NCBI GenBank assembly: GCA_963662655.2
Contig: CAXXTU010000002.1
Location: 2,304,034 to 2,368,033, forward strand
From: Candidatus Cloacimonadales bacterium
GTDB taxonomy: Bacteria > Cloacimonadota > Cloacimonadia > Cloacimonadales > JAIOQZ01
Length of the DNA: 64,000 nucleotides
Direction of reading: 5' to 3'
Shown here: piece by piece, positions 48,004 through 57,759 of the stretch
Layout of the letters: each line of letters starts with the position of its first letter
Numbering within the stretch: position 1 is the first letter of the stretch
Notes under the pieces: generated by a model
What the model saw: only the letters and a program-made list of their open reading frames with translations
What the model was told of the DNA's origin: nothing
Databases searched by the model: none
Position numbers and translations under genes: made by a program

Positions 48004-51000
48004 TTACTTCAGAAGGATCATCTTCTTGGTGCTTGTATAGCGTCCGGCTTTCATTTTGTAGAAGTAAACACCGCTACCAACGTTCTTGCCATTCGAGTCG
48101 TTACCGGTCCACTGAACCTGATGACTTCCGGCTTCCATCTTCTCGTTCACAAGAGTGCGAACCAGCTGACCCTTGAGGTTGTATACCTCGATGGTCACGT
48201 CTGACTGCTGCTTGAGTGAGAAGTGGATGGTTGTTACAGGGTTGAATGGGTTCGGGTAGTTACCTTCCAGAGCTGTGAAAGCTGGAACGTTGCCAGGATC
48301 GTTGTTGGTGATGTTCACGATGTTTGAAGGACCTGATTCGTTTCCGTCTGTATAAACAGCGGTTACGTAGTAGCTGTGGCCACCGGCAGGCACGTTCACA
48401 TCGTTATAAACAGTGATGTTTACGTTATTCTGCGTTGCATGATACTGATCGTCGCGATAGATGTTGTACGAGCCAACGGTAGGACGATCACGATGAACTG
48501 GAGCTACGTAAACAGAGCCGTCGTTCTTGCGGCTTCCGACGATATTCTCTGAAGGTTCGCCGAATCCGAAAACAGCTTCGCCACGTGCATTGTTTACATA
48601 GACGTCGTCCATTCTCATCCAGTACACATCGGTAACTTCGTTATGTACGAATGCAATGCGGCAATTCTGACCAGCGTAATCGCTGAGGTCAACGGTTACC
48701 TCATGCCAGACAGTGCTTGATAACGTTTCTTCGTGAAGGGTCACGTCGAAGTCGTTAACGCCAGCACCGGTGGTTGAAAGGAGAACTTCGTAGTGCTCTG
48801 CCGGCCAGTCGCCATCGACAGCCGCTACCCAGAAGCTGAGCTCGTATCCACCCTGAATTGCGATAGGAGGAGTGATGAGCCAGTTGTCCGGAGTAAGAGC
48901 GCCAATGTCGTTGATGAACGATGCTGAGCCAATCATGTACTCGCCCGAATGAGCTTCGCCCCAGTTTGTTCCGTCGAGGATTTCCCAATTGTAGGCGTCG
49001 CCATCGTTGTTGATGAGAGACCAACCTTCAGGAATTGCTGCATCTTCGAAATCTTCGCTGATGCTGTCGACAGCTTCCTGGTTGGTTCCAGGAGCATCCC
49101 ACTGAAGAAGGACGTTGAAACCGTTAACGGTTGCTTCGAGCATTTCAGGTGGATCGTATTCGAGCTCTTCGATCTCAACTTCGTCCGAGTTGGAAGGAGC
49201 TGATTCGTTTGCTGCGTTGTTATATACAGCGGTTGCATAGTAGGTGTAAGTGCCCGGTTCCAGCGCTTCATCGAGATAATCAAGCTGGAATGCGTCTTCT
49301 ACGAATGCAATTTGTTCGCCGTTACGATAGATTTTGTAACCTTCGAGATCGCGGTTGCGATTGAGAGGTTCGGGGGTAATGATGTTGGTGTGTTCCTGTT
49401 CGAATGCAGGAAAAACATCAACGTTTCTTGGTGAGCTTGCCAATGGGACAAGGTCGTCACAACCGCGTCCACCGGTGGCGAAGCCAACGATGTTCCAGTT
49501 GTAGTTGAGGTTCGGGTACTCGGTAACCAGACTGAACCAGCCACCGAGATTGAGCAGGTCACTCTTATAGGCGACTGCTGGGCCGGCGTCGCAGCCAGCC
49601 GGGTGGTCGCCACCGGTATTGGCGCGGAAACCGATCCAGAGTTCTTCAGAAGCGTCGATCATGACAGGAGTGTTCAAAGTGAAGTAGTTCCATTGATCGA
49701 TCGTAACATCAACTTCCTGGTCCACAATCATGCTACCTGCGTTAACATTGGTTCCGTTAACGCTACCGCCGGTCCAAACACGGACGTAGTAGTCGCAGTC
49801 TTCATAGCGAGGGAAGAAACCGACCTGATTGAGGCTCAGTCCATCGAAAGCATCGAGGTCACTTGTGTCGAAACGAATCGCGACGTCAAAGTCGGTTGCA
49901 GAGTTGGTTCCGATACCGTCATAGTTTTCGCCGTCATCGTAGCGAAGTTCGGTGAAAGGCGAGTTCCAGCTAAGCTGTACGTTCACGTCGTTCACGACGG
50001 TTGCTTCGAAGTTTGTCGGCGCGGGGAATTCACTCGCAGCGGCAAGCTCGAAATCAACGGTTTCAGTCTGATCTGCGGTAATGACAACATCTTCTTCGAC
50101 GTATGTCATGTATCCGGCAGCAGAACAAGAAACATCGTATGTTCCTTCGTCTACTTCAAATGAATACTCACCGGAAGCGTTGGTTGTTCCGGAAGCGGTT
50201 CCGGCAACGATAACAGCGCCTTCGATCGGTGCGTTTGTATCTGCGTCGGTTACCGTACCTTCAAGCGTTCCGGCCACTAAGGCTTCGATAACGACTTCAA
50301 CATTGTTCGAACCTTCTGATTCGCCTTCGTCCCAAAGAGCGCTCACATAATAAGAGTAAGTGCCGTCTTCGAGATCTTCGTCGAGGTAAGTAAGGGTTTC
50401 AGCGTCATCGACGGTTGCCACGTTTTCACCATCGCGATAGACTGCGTAACCGGTAAGTTCGCGGTCTCTCGGGGTGCTAACTTGACGGAATTCACGTTCG
50501 ATAGCGACTTCGGTATTGACAGCCGGGCGTTCCGGTGATGTCAGAGGAATAAGTTCGCCACCTGCACGTTCGGCGGTAGCCATACCAACGATGTTCCAGT
50601 TATAGTCGAGGTTGGCATATTCCGTAACCATGCTGAACCAGCCGCCGAGGTTGAGAAGGTCGCCCTTGTAAGCAACGGCGGGACCTTCGTCACAGCCAGC
50701 CGGATGGTCGCCCTGAGTATTGGCTCTGTAGCCAATCCAGAGTTCTTCATCGGCATCGATCGTAAGGGCAGTTTCAAGTGTGACATAGTTCCATTCTTCG
50801 ATGGTAAATGTGTCAACAGCCTGATCAACAACCATAGTACCTGAGTTGATGGTTGTTCCGTTAACGCTTCCGCCGGTCCATACACGGATCGAGTATTCAC
50901 AATCCGCATAGCGAGGGAAGAAGCCGACCTGATAGAGTGCATACCCGTCATAGGATGCAAGGTCACTGGTTTCGAAACGAATCGCAACGTCAAAGTCGTT

Positions 51001-51207
51001 TGCCGAGTTGGTTCCGATACCATCATAGTTAACGCCGTCGTCATAACGAAGTTCCACACTGTTAGGATCTTGCGGCGCGCCCCAAGTAAGGCTAACGTTT
51101 GTTTGATCAACAACGTCCGCTTCCAAGTTCATTGGTGGCCACGGTTGAGCGAATGCTATTACAGCAACAAGCATCAAAGCTGCCACAAATAACAATTTCT
51201 TGGACAT
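48004..51207 (-). CDS. Large secreted protein: two ~350-aa internal repeats, a CarboxypepD_reg-like domain, a choice-of-anchor/cleaved-adhesin-like domain and a T9SS sorting tail
   Basis: The internal duplication (LRYDDG.NYDGIGTNSA.DFDVAIRF.TSDL...VGFFPRY.DC.Y..RVWTGGSVNGT...GDHPAGCD.GPAVAYK.DLLNLGGWFS.VTEY.NL.YNWNIVG) occurs twice. GTLEGTVTDADTNAPIEGAVIVAG...EGTYDVSCSAAGY. C-terminus NYPNPFNPVTTIHFSL...KKMILLK. SD AAGGAGG. Confidence 0.85.
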   Translation of the reverse strand: MSKKLLFVAALMLVAVIAFAQPWPPMNLEADVVDQTNVSLTWGAPQDPNSVELRYDDGVNYDGIGTNSANDFDVAIRFETSDLASYDGYALYQVGFFPRYADCEYSIRVWTGGSVNGTTINSGTMVVDQAVDTFTIEEWNYVTLETALTIDADEELWIGYRANTQGDHPAGCDEGPAVAYKGDLLNLGGWFSMVTEYANLDYNWNIVGMATAERAGGELIPLTSPERPAVNTEVAIEREFRQVSTPRDRELTGYAVYRDGENVATVDDAETLTYLDEDLEDGTYSYYVSALWDEGESEGSNNVEVVIEALVAGTLEGTVTDADTNAPIEGAVIVAGTASGTTNASGEYSFEVDEGTYDVSCSAAGYMTYVEEDVVITADQTETVDFELAAASEFPAPTNFEATVVNDVNVQLSWNSPFTELRYDDGENYDGIGTNSATDFDVAIRFDTSDLDAFDGLSLNQVGFFPRYEDCDYYVRVWTGGSVNGTNVNAGSMIVDQEVDVTIDQWNYFTLNTPVMIDASEELWIGFRANTGGDHPAGCDAGPAVAYKSDLLNLGGWFSLVTEYPNLNYNWNIVGFATGGRGCDDLVPLASSPRNVDVFPAFEQEHTNIITPEPLNRNRDLEGYKIYRNGEQIAFVEDAFQLDYLDEALEPGTYTYYATAVYNNAANESAPSNSDEVEIEELEYDPPEMLEATVNGFNVLLQWDAPGTNQEAVDSISEDFEDAAIPEGWSLINNDGDAYNWEILDGTNWGEAHSGEYMIGSASFINDIGALTPDNWLITPPIAIQGGYELSFWVAAVDGDWPAEHYEVLLSTTGAGVNDFDVTLHEETLSSTVWHEVTVDLSDYAGQNCRIAFVHNEVTDVYWMRMDDVYVNNARGEAVFGFGEPSENIVGSRKNDGSVYVAPVHRDRPTVGSYNIYRDDQYHATQNNVNITVYNDVNVPAGGHSYYVTAVYTDGNESGPSNIVNITNNDPGNVPAFTALEGNYPNPFNPVTTIHFSLKQQSDVTIEVYNLKGQLVRTLVNEKMEAGSHQVQWTGNDSNGKNVGSGVYFYKMKAGRYTSTKKMILLK

Positions 51208-51270
51208 AGATTTCCTCCTTGTTTTTTCGATAAGGTATAAAAAACCCTATGATTTTCCAGTTTGCAATAT

Positions 51271-51298
51271 TCATTACTGAGTAAGAGTTTCTTGTCAA
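51271..51298 (-). promoter_or_regulatory. Putative promoter TTGACA-N16-TAATGA for the 51207 gene
   Basis: The minus strand reads caTTGACAagaaactcttactcagTAATGAatat. Confidence 0.4.
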
Positions 51299-51529
51299 TG
51301 TTTTTTTCGATGCCTCCGTTTCCGCTTATAAGTCGCATCTCGACATTTCAGACATATCTGGAACCACAAATCACTTTTTATACCCAGCACAAAGAGCGTA
51401 GGAGTATATAATGCAAAATATATTCCCAATATAATTTCGGGCCACAAATCGAATTCGACATCCCGGAAATGTTTGACAACAGCTTGCCCGGGCGTTTCTT
51501 GAACCATAAGAATTTATTGAGAGATTACC

Positions 51530-53713
51530 ATGAAGTATGAAGACTATACCGCCGAGGAGTTTTTTGATCGAATTCGTTCATTTTCCGCTGAAGATCGGGA
51601 GCTGATCGAGGAAGCATACCGGTTTGCCGATACGGCGCACAAAGGGCAGAAGCGCGACTCCGGGGAGCCGTACATCACGCATCCCGTCAACGTCGCCTGG
51701 ATTCTTGCGAACATGAAGACCGACGCCGAATCCGTCGCAGCCGGCTTGTTGCATGATGTGCTGGAAGATACGGACAGAACCGCCGTCGATATCGAGGAGC
51801 GTTTCGGGGCGTCGATCGCGCGCCTCGTCAACGGGGTCACCAACCTCCAGCATTACACCTACTCAGCCGGGCAATCGCACATGAAAAAGCAGGCGGAGAA
51901 TTTCAGGAAGTTCCTGCTGTCCGTCGTGGACGATTTTCGCGTCCTGATCATCAAAATGGCCGACCGCCTGCACAACATGCGCACGCTCGATTACCTCTCC
52001 CGATCGCGAATCAATCGCATTGCCAGCGAGACGCTCGACATATACGCACCCCTGGCCAATCGCTTCGGGCTGGCGAAGATGCGCTGGGAGCTCGAAGACC
52101 TGAGCTTCAAGCACCTGATGCCGGACACATACAAGCAAATCGCCATGCTCGTGAACGAGAAGAAAGAGGCTCGCGAGCGCTACATCGACATGGTTCTCGA
52201 TCCCGTGAGAACGTTGCTGGAGAATGCCGGTATCCAGGCCGTGACAACCGGAAGAAGCAAGCACCTCTACAGCATCTACCGCAAGTCGATCCACCGCGAT
52301 ACGCCGTTTGAGGATATCTACGACCTCGCGGCGATCCGCATCATCGTCGGTTCGATCGAGCAGTGCTACGAAGTCCTCGGGATACTCCACCGGAATTTCG
52401 AGCCGATCGAGCATCGTTTCAGGGATTACATTGCACGCCCCAAGGTGAACCAATATCAATCCCTCCACACGGGGGTAATCGGCCCCTTGGGGAGGATGGT
52501 CGAAGTCCAGATTCGCACGCACGAGATGCACATGATCGCCGAGGAAGGACTGGCCGCTCACTGGAAGTACAAGGAGTCGCAGGGAAGTTCCTTCACGAAC
52601 GGCGCAAACTTCGACGAGCAGCTTGGCTGGATTCGATCGATTCTTACGCAGCAAGCCTCGGCCCCCGCCTCCGAGTTCCTCGAGTTCGTCAAGATGAATC
52701 TCTATCCCGAGATCATCATCGCAATTACGCCGGAGGGTGATTACATCAAGCTTCCCAAGGGCTCCACGCCGGTCGATTTCGCCTTTGCCGTTCACACACA
52801 ACTGGGCTTCAAGACCATCGGCGCGAGAATCAATGGGAAGTTTGTGCCGCTTCGCACCGAGCTGAAAACCGGGGATCGCGTCGAGGTGATCACAGGTTCG
52901 TCCCCCAATCCGGGCAAGGACTGGCTTGAGTTCATGAAATCCTCCCGAGCCCGGCAGAAAGTCCGCTCCTGGCTACGACGCCGGGAGCTCGAGGACGCCA
53001 TCCAACTCGGTAAGGAGATCTTTGAGAAGCGCTCGCGAAAAGCCCATCTGAAGTTCCCGGATGCGGAGGAGTTTCACGCCATCCTGAAGCTCATGAAAAT
53101 CACCGACGAGAATCAGTTGTATGCGAGACTGGGAAAAGGCACGCTTCTTTTCACCGATTTCGAAGAGGCGGTGAGAAGTCACCGCGACGAACCCCCGGCA
53201 GATGAGACGGACATGGAGATCGAGGCTCGGGAAATCCATGAATTTCAAGGCGTGCGGATCGGGCAGATCGACAGCCTCCTCATACACTATGCCAAGTGCT
53301 GCAATCCGGTTCCGGGTGATCAGATACTGGGATATACCACGCGCGGCAGGGGCATAACGGTTCATCGGGTGGATTGCCCCAACAAGGGCTTCCGTAAATT
53401 GATCGAGGATGAAAAGGAGCGCATCATCCCCTTGCAGTGGGATAGCCCCGCGTCAAACACCAGGCAGGGATTCTCTGTTCAGATCATGGTGTTTGCCAAA
53501 AGCAACCGCAACATGCTCAAGGAGATCGTGAACACCTTTTCGCGGCTCCACATCGAGCTGACGCAAGCACGCATGGATAAAGACGTTGACGGTGCAAAAG
53601 GCTGGTTTACATTTCGCATCCAGCACCGAAACGAACTTGAGCAGGTATTCCGCGCCCTCAGGAAATTGCCCAAGATTCTCCATATCGAACGCGTAACCGG
53701 AAAAAACGAATGA
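51530..53713 (+). CDS. rel: Bifunctional (p)ppGpp synthetase/hydrolase, RelA/SpoT (Rel) family
   Basis: HD hydrolase motifs HKGQKRDSGEPYITHPVNVA and LLHDVLEDT. Synthetase region RSKHLYSIYRK...YDLAAIRIIV...DYIARPKVNQYQSLHT. TGS and ACT-like C-terminal regions. Confidence 0.93.
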   Translation: MKYEDYTAEEFFDRIRSFSAEDRELIEEAYRFADTAHKGQKRDSGEPYITHPVNVAWILANMKTDAESVAAGLLHDVLEDTDRTAVDIEERFGASIARLVNGVTNLQHYTYSAGQSHMKKQAENFRKFLLSVVDDFRVLIIKMADRLHNMRTLDYLSRSRINRIASETLDIYAPLANRFGLAKMRWELEDLSFKHLMPDTYKQIAMLVNEKKEARERYIDMVLDPVRTLLENAGIQAVTTGRSKHLYSIYRKSIHRDTPFEDIYDLAAIRIIVGSIEQCYEVLGILHRNFEPIEHRFRDYIARPKVNQYQSLHTGVIGPLGRMVEVQIRTHEMHMIAEEGLAAHWKYKESQGSSFTNGANFDEQLGWIRSILTQQASAPASEFLEFVKMNLYPEIIIAITPEGDYIKLPKGSTPVDFAFAVHTQLGFKTIGARINGKFVPLRTELKTGDRVEVITGSSPNPGKDWLEFMKSSRARQKVRSWLRRRELEDAIQLGKEIFEKRSRKAHLKFPDAEEFHAILKLMKITDENQLYARLGKGTLLFTDFEEAVRSHRDEPPADETDMEIEAREIHEFQGVRIGQIDSLLIHYAKCCNPVPGDQILGYTTRGRGITVHRVDCPNKGFRKLIEDEKERIIPLQWDSPASNTRQGFSVQIMVFAKSNRNMLKEIVNTFSRLHIELTQARMDKDVDGAKGWFTFRIQHRNELEQVFRALRKLPKILHIERVTGKNE

Positions 53714-54903
53714 CACAGAAACAGCTAACGGCGAATATCAAACTGTATCCCTGGTACCGGCTTTTCTCCAGCCTGATGATCATCGGACCCATCCTGGTTC
53801 CATTCATGATCTTCAAGGGATTGAACTATTCGCAGATCATGCTCCTGCAATCGATCTCGGCGATTTCCGTGTTCGTTTTCGAGGTTCCCACGGGATCGAT
53901 CGCCGACAAAATCTCCCGGAAATTCTCGCTGGTCATCAGCAGCGTCTTTTGCAGCCTGGGATTGTTTCTGTACATCGTCTCGCACTCGTTCTGGGTGTTC
54001 GCTCTTGCGGAAATCCTGTTCGGGCTGGGAATGACTTTCAGCAGCGGAGCCGATTCGGCCCTGCTCTACGAGAGCCTGATTCGACTGGATCGGAAAAAGG
54101 AGTACCAGCACCACGAAGGTCATGCGCAGTTCATGATATTCATCGGACAGGGAATCGGTTCCGTTATCAGCGGATTCATCTACAAGTTCAACCCGTTTTC
54201 ACCCTTCTGGATCAGCGTGGGTTTCATCGTCTTCTCAGGTTTGACGGCCATCGGATTCCACGAGACCGACCGCACGAAGAGCGAACACAACTACCTGATT
54301 CACGTCGTGAAAAGCATCGGCATAGCGGTAAAGACGCCCCGCATCCTTTGGACGGTACTCTTCGCCGCGCTCATGGGCTTCACCTTCAGAAGTTCGTTCT
54401 GGCTCTATCAGCCCTATTTCAAGCATGTCGAGATCGACGTGATGTGGTTCGGGGTAATCTTTTTCTTCTTCAACGTGGTGGCCGCGTTAACATCCAAGGT
54501 GCTGGTCAAACGGTATTACAACGCTCGCCCGAGGAAAGTTCTTATCGGGCTGGGCCTGTTGATCGGCGCATCGTTCATCCTGCCGGCAATCTTCGTCTCG
54601 CCATTCGCATTGATCGCGCTCGCGTCCCAGCAGATTGTGCGAGGCCTCTATCAGCCCACTCTGCGATTCTACATCAATCATCAGATCAAAGACCAGTACC
54701 GCGCAACCTTTATTTCGCTGGTCAGTCTTGCCGCCAGCCTTAGCTTTGCACTGCTGTCCCCGCTTGTGGGAATCAGCCTGGATCAGTGGGGAACGATCCA
54801 GACATACTGGTGCATGGGAATCGTCTCGCTGGCGGGAATCAGCTTCCTGATGCTTCTACGTCGCTTCCAAAAAGCGAAAAAGGCCAGGGCGGCTACCTCA
54901 TAA
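53710..54903 (+). CDS. MFS transporter
   Basis: About 12 hydrophobic helices. The motif FEVPTGSIADKISRKFSL resembles the MFS loop 2-3 motif. ATGA overlap with the rel stop. Confidence 0.75.
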   Translation: MTQKQLTANIKLYPWYRLFSSLMIIGPILVPFMIFKGLNYSQIMLLQSISAISVFVFEVPTGSIADKISRKFSLVISSVFCSLGLFLYIVSHSFWVFALAEILFGLGMTFSSGADSALLYESLIRLDRKKEYQHHEGHAQFMIFIGQGIGSVISGFIYKFNPFSPFWISVGFIVFSGLTAIGFHETDRTKSEHNYLIHVVKSIGIAVKTPRILWTVLFAALMGFTFRSSFWLYQPYFKHVEIDVMWFGVIFFFFNVVAALTSKVLVKRYYNARPRKVLIGLGLLIGASFILPAIFVSPFALIALASQQIVRGLYQPTLRFYINHQIKDQYRATFISLVSLAASLSFALLSPLVGISLDQWGTIQTYWCMGIVSLAGISFLMLLRRFQKAKKARAATS

Positions 54904-55002
54904 AGCCACGTCGGTTGATGTAAATACCCCTGTTTTTATATTGACTGAATCGTGCTGTTGCCATCACATTTGCATTAATGAATTGATACCCGGAGATCGA
55001 AT

Positions 55003-56553
55003 ATGCCAGATAGAGAATCCTCAAAAACTGAGATAACGCAACAGGAAGCGCTCAAAAAGCTTGTTTCGCTCAGCAATGAAGCCAAAGAAACGAAAGATAT
55101 CCACGAACGAGTACGATTACTTGAAGAGGCATACTCGATCATGGGTATCGCGGAGATATCGAGAAAAGAAAAGGATCAGCTAATCCAGGGTCTCGTTCGC
55201 GCCAATGAGAGGCTCGAGCTCATGGATCGCAATCAGGAAATTCTTGAATCCGAATTGGCTGACTCGCTTAGTAAAAAGGAGTACAACTCGGCGGCATTGC
55301 ACTGTATCGATCTATCGAAATGCTATTACTGGCAGAAGGATCTTTCGAAGGCCTCCGAGATCATGAAACAGGGTGTGCGATATGCCGATCTGGCGGAAAA
55401 CTCCAGTGCGAAAGGAGCTCTCCTGGTGAATCTTGGGCTTGTTAATGCCACGATTCACGCCTACGACCAGGCCCTGGAACATCTGATCGAAGCCGAACGT
55501 ACGATCGCCGATCTGGACAATAAAACCTTGTTGATAACCATCCATCTGAACCTGATCAACACCTACAACAACCTCGGGCAATTCGAGGACGCCCTCGAAA
55601 TCGCAGACAAGACCATTAGAATGTGTGAAAATGAGGAACATGAAATCAGCCTGGCCGGTGGATATATCAACCGTGGGACAGTCAATGCAAATTTGCATCG
55701 ATACAACGACTCGATATCGGACTTCCTTCGAGGCGTCGAGATTCTCGAGAAAAACGAGGCCATGCCGAACTGGCTCCACGATGCTTATGTGAATCTCTCC
55801 AACATGTATCTCATTACAGGAGATGTCGAACGCGCCGAGTCCTGGCTGAATAAAACGCTAGAGTTCTCGCAGAAGGTATCCGATGAGAATCAACACGCCG
55901 CGGCCCTGACGATCATGGGGAAACTTCATATTAAAAAGAAATCGTATAACGAGGCCCTGAAGTATCTGAAAGAAGCAGAAAGACTGGCCAAAGACAATCA
56001 CCTGAACGAAGTCAGGATCATTGCTTACGAACAACTCGTAAACGTCTATGGATTGCTCCGCAGATACAAGAAGAAATCGGAATACCTCCAGAAAATCATC
56101 GATATCGAGCGACACTCCTTCCCGAAGAACCTGAACGAGCAAATCGCCAACATGAAGGTCCGTTGGGAGACCGAGAGAAAGGAACAGGAATCGCATCTTC
56201 TCCGCAAGAAGAATCAAGAACTCGAAGAGATGAACGACGAATTGAAGGAGATGTACGATAAGCTTTCCAGCGCACAAGATGAAATTATCAATCTGGAAAG
56301 GAAGAACTCCATATATGCCATGGCGGTTACCGCGAATCACGAGATCAATCAGCCGCTGATGATCATCAAGGGTAACATTGAAATGCTTGTCATGAAATTC
56401 GGCAACGAGAGTATCAATCCCTACCTGAAAAGAATCGACGAAGCAACGGTACGAATCGATCGGATCCTCACCCGGTATAAAGACAATCGCGAGTACAAGA
56501 TGCAGGCCTACTCCGACGAAATCGATATGGTCGTGTTTGAGGAAGAAGAGTAG
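55003..56553 (+). CDS. Paralog of 43828..45381: TPR repeats plus coiled coil plus a DHp-like H-box, no ATPase domain
   Basis: Same length (516 vs 517 aa) and architecture. ERKNSIYAMAVTANHEINQPLMIIKGNIEML compares with ERSNSVSAMAVTANHQINQPLTVLQGNLDLL. Confidence 0.7.
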   Translation: MPDRESSKTEITQQEALKKLVSLSNEAKETKDIHERVRLLEEAYSIMGIAEISRKEKDQLIQGLVRANERLELMDRNQEILESELADSLSKKEYNSAALHCIDLSKCYYWQKDLSKASEIMKQGVRYADLAENSSAKGALLVNLGLVNATIHAYDQALEHLIEAERTIADLDNKTLLITIHLNLINTYNNLGQFEDALEIADKTIRMCENEEHEISLAGGYINRGTVNANLHRYNDSISDFLRGVEILEKNEAMPNWLHDAYVNLSNMYLITGDVERAESWLNKTLEFSQKVSDENQHAAALTIMGKLHIKKKSYNEALKYLKEAERLAKDNHLNEVRIIAYEQLVNVYGLLRRYKKKSEYLQKIIDIERHSFPKNLNEQIANMKVRWETERKEQESHLLRKKNQELEEMNDELKEMYDKLSSAQDEIINLERKNSIYAMAVTANHEINQPLMIIKGNIEMLVMKFGNESINPYLKRIDEATVRIDRILTRYKDNREYKMQAYSDEIDMVVFEEEE

Positions 56554-56569
56554 GGTACGAATCCAAAAT

Positions 56570-57313
56570 CTACTTTCGTATCCCAAGCCATAAGAAGAAA
56601 ATCGGCTTCAGGATATCCCACCAATCCACAAAAGGCTTGATTTTACTGTAAGAGAGTCCCTTTTGATTGATGATGCTCTTCTTGGATTTAGGATAAATCT
56701 TTGAAACCGGTACTTCTCTATACCGATATCTTCTACCTTTTGTGATTTTGAAGAAGAGGTAAATCTCGAGTCCATATCGCTCCAGCCACTCCTGGTCTAG
56801 ATTTATGTCCGGATCGTCGAGAATGGAAAGCCTGAACGCCCTGAAGCCCTCCATGGAATCGGTGATCTTTCTGGAGGTGATGCAACTCAGGAAGAACGCG
56901 ATACATTTCACCATGACCAGACGAAACACAGGCGTATGATCGCGCCTGCTACCCGGCAAGTATCTTGAACCTTGCACATAGTCCGCGTCATCGTCCAGAA
57001 GCGGCCGCACAAGCCTCTGCACCTCGGCAATGGTGTTCTTATTGTTGCCCGGCAGCATGGCGATATTTTTATATCCGTGATCCCTTGCATAATAGCATGC
57101 ATCGCGGATCGAAATACCGACCCCCATATTCTTCTCATGCCTGATCAGTTGGAAATCGTAACCTTTTACCAGTTCGAGGGAGTTATCCGTCGTCCCGTCG
57201 TCAACAACCAGAATATCGTATGGATAACCGTCAGGCTTGCTGTCCAGAGTAGCTTTCAGTCTTGTATCGTTATTGTATGACACGATCAGCGTAATACAAT
57301 CTTTATTGCTCAT
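56570..57313 (-). CDS. Family 2 glycosyltransferase (Dpm1/GtrB-like)
   Basis: ITLIVSYNNDTRL...YDILVVDDGTTDNS...RHEKNMGVGIS...DADY. The likely start is the ATG at 57313 (MSNKDC). Confidence 0.75.
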   Translation of the reverse strand: MSNKDCITLIVSYNNDTRLKATLDSKPDGYPYDILVVDDGTTDNSLELVKGYDFQLIRHEKNMGVGISIRDACYYARDHGYKNIAMLPGNNKNTIAEVQRLVRPLLDDDADYVQGSRYLPGSRRDHTPVFRLVMVKCIAFFLSCITSRKITDSMEGFRAFRLSILDDPDINLDQEWLERYGLEIYLFFKITKGRRYRYREVPVSKIYPKSKKSIINQKGLSYSKIKPFVDWWDILKPIFFLWLGIRK

Positions 57314-57740
57314 GGCGTTTTTTTCTCCATGGTCTGCGCTTGAAAATGACCGACGACAAAACAAAGTTCACGATCGTCGTCACGGGGAGTATGAAAAAGA
57401 TCAGCACCCAGTTTTCAAACGGCAGTAACTTGCGAAGTAAATGCAGTCCACCGGTACCGCAAGCAAGCGTGATGATGTATGTACCGTAGAACTGGAGGAG
57501 GCTTGCGAAATTCTTCTGCTTGGAAAAGGTATAATTTGCGTTCAACAAGTAGGACAGGAATATCGTACTGATATAAATCAGAACATACGTGATCATCAAA
57601 GGTGTTCCGATAAGCTTTAAGAAGATATAGCTCAATATCAGCGAGATGATCGTTACGCCACCGCCTACCAGTAAGAACCGGTAGAATTCGCCGGCTTTTC
57701 TTCCCAGCCTTTCTTCGAGAAATGTCGAGATCACTTTCAT
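57303..57740 (-). CDS. GtrA-like small membrane protein
   Basis: 145 aa, four hydrophobic helices, N-terminal FYRFLLVGGGVTIISL. Adjacent to the GT2 gene, as is typical for GtrA/GtrB pairs. Confidence 0.55.
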   Translation of the reverse strand: MKVISTFLEERLGRKAGEFYRFLLVGGGVTIISLILSYIFLKLIGTPLMITYVLIYISTIFLSYLLNANYTFSKQKNFASLLQFYGTYIITLACGTGGLHLLRKLLPFENWVLIFFILPVTTIVNFVLSSVIFKRRPWRKKRHEQ

Positions 57741-57759
57741 TTGTTTATCCGATATCCAC

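Noticed and set aside
51863-52801. 312-aa minus-strand ORF
   Set aside because: It is antisense to the conserved RelA/SpoT gene and has no recognisable motifs.
53949-54743. 264-aa same-strand ORF in an alternative frame
   Set aside because: It overlaps the MFS transporter frame. Its translation is Arg/Pro-rich and non-hydrophobic, whereas the MFS frame gives regular TM helices and the loop motif.
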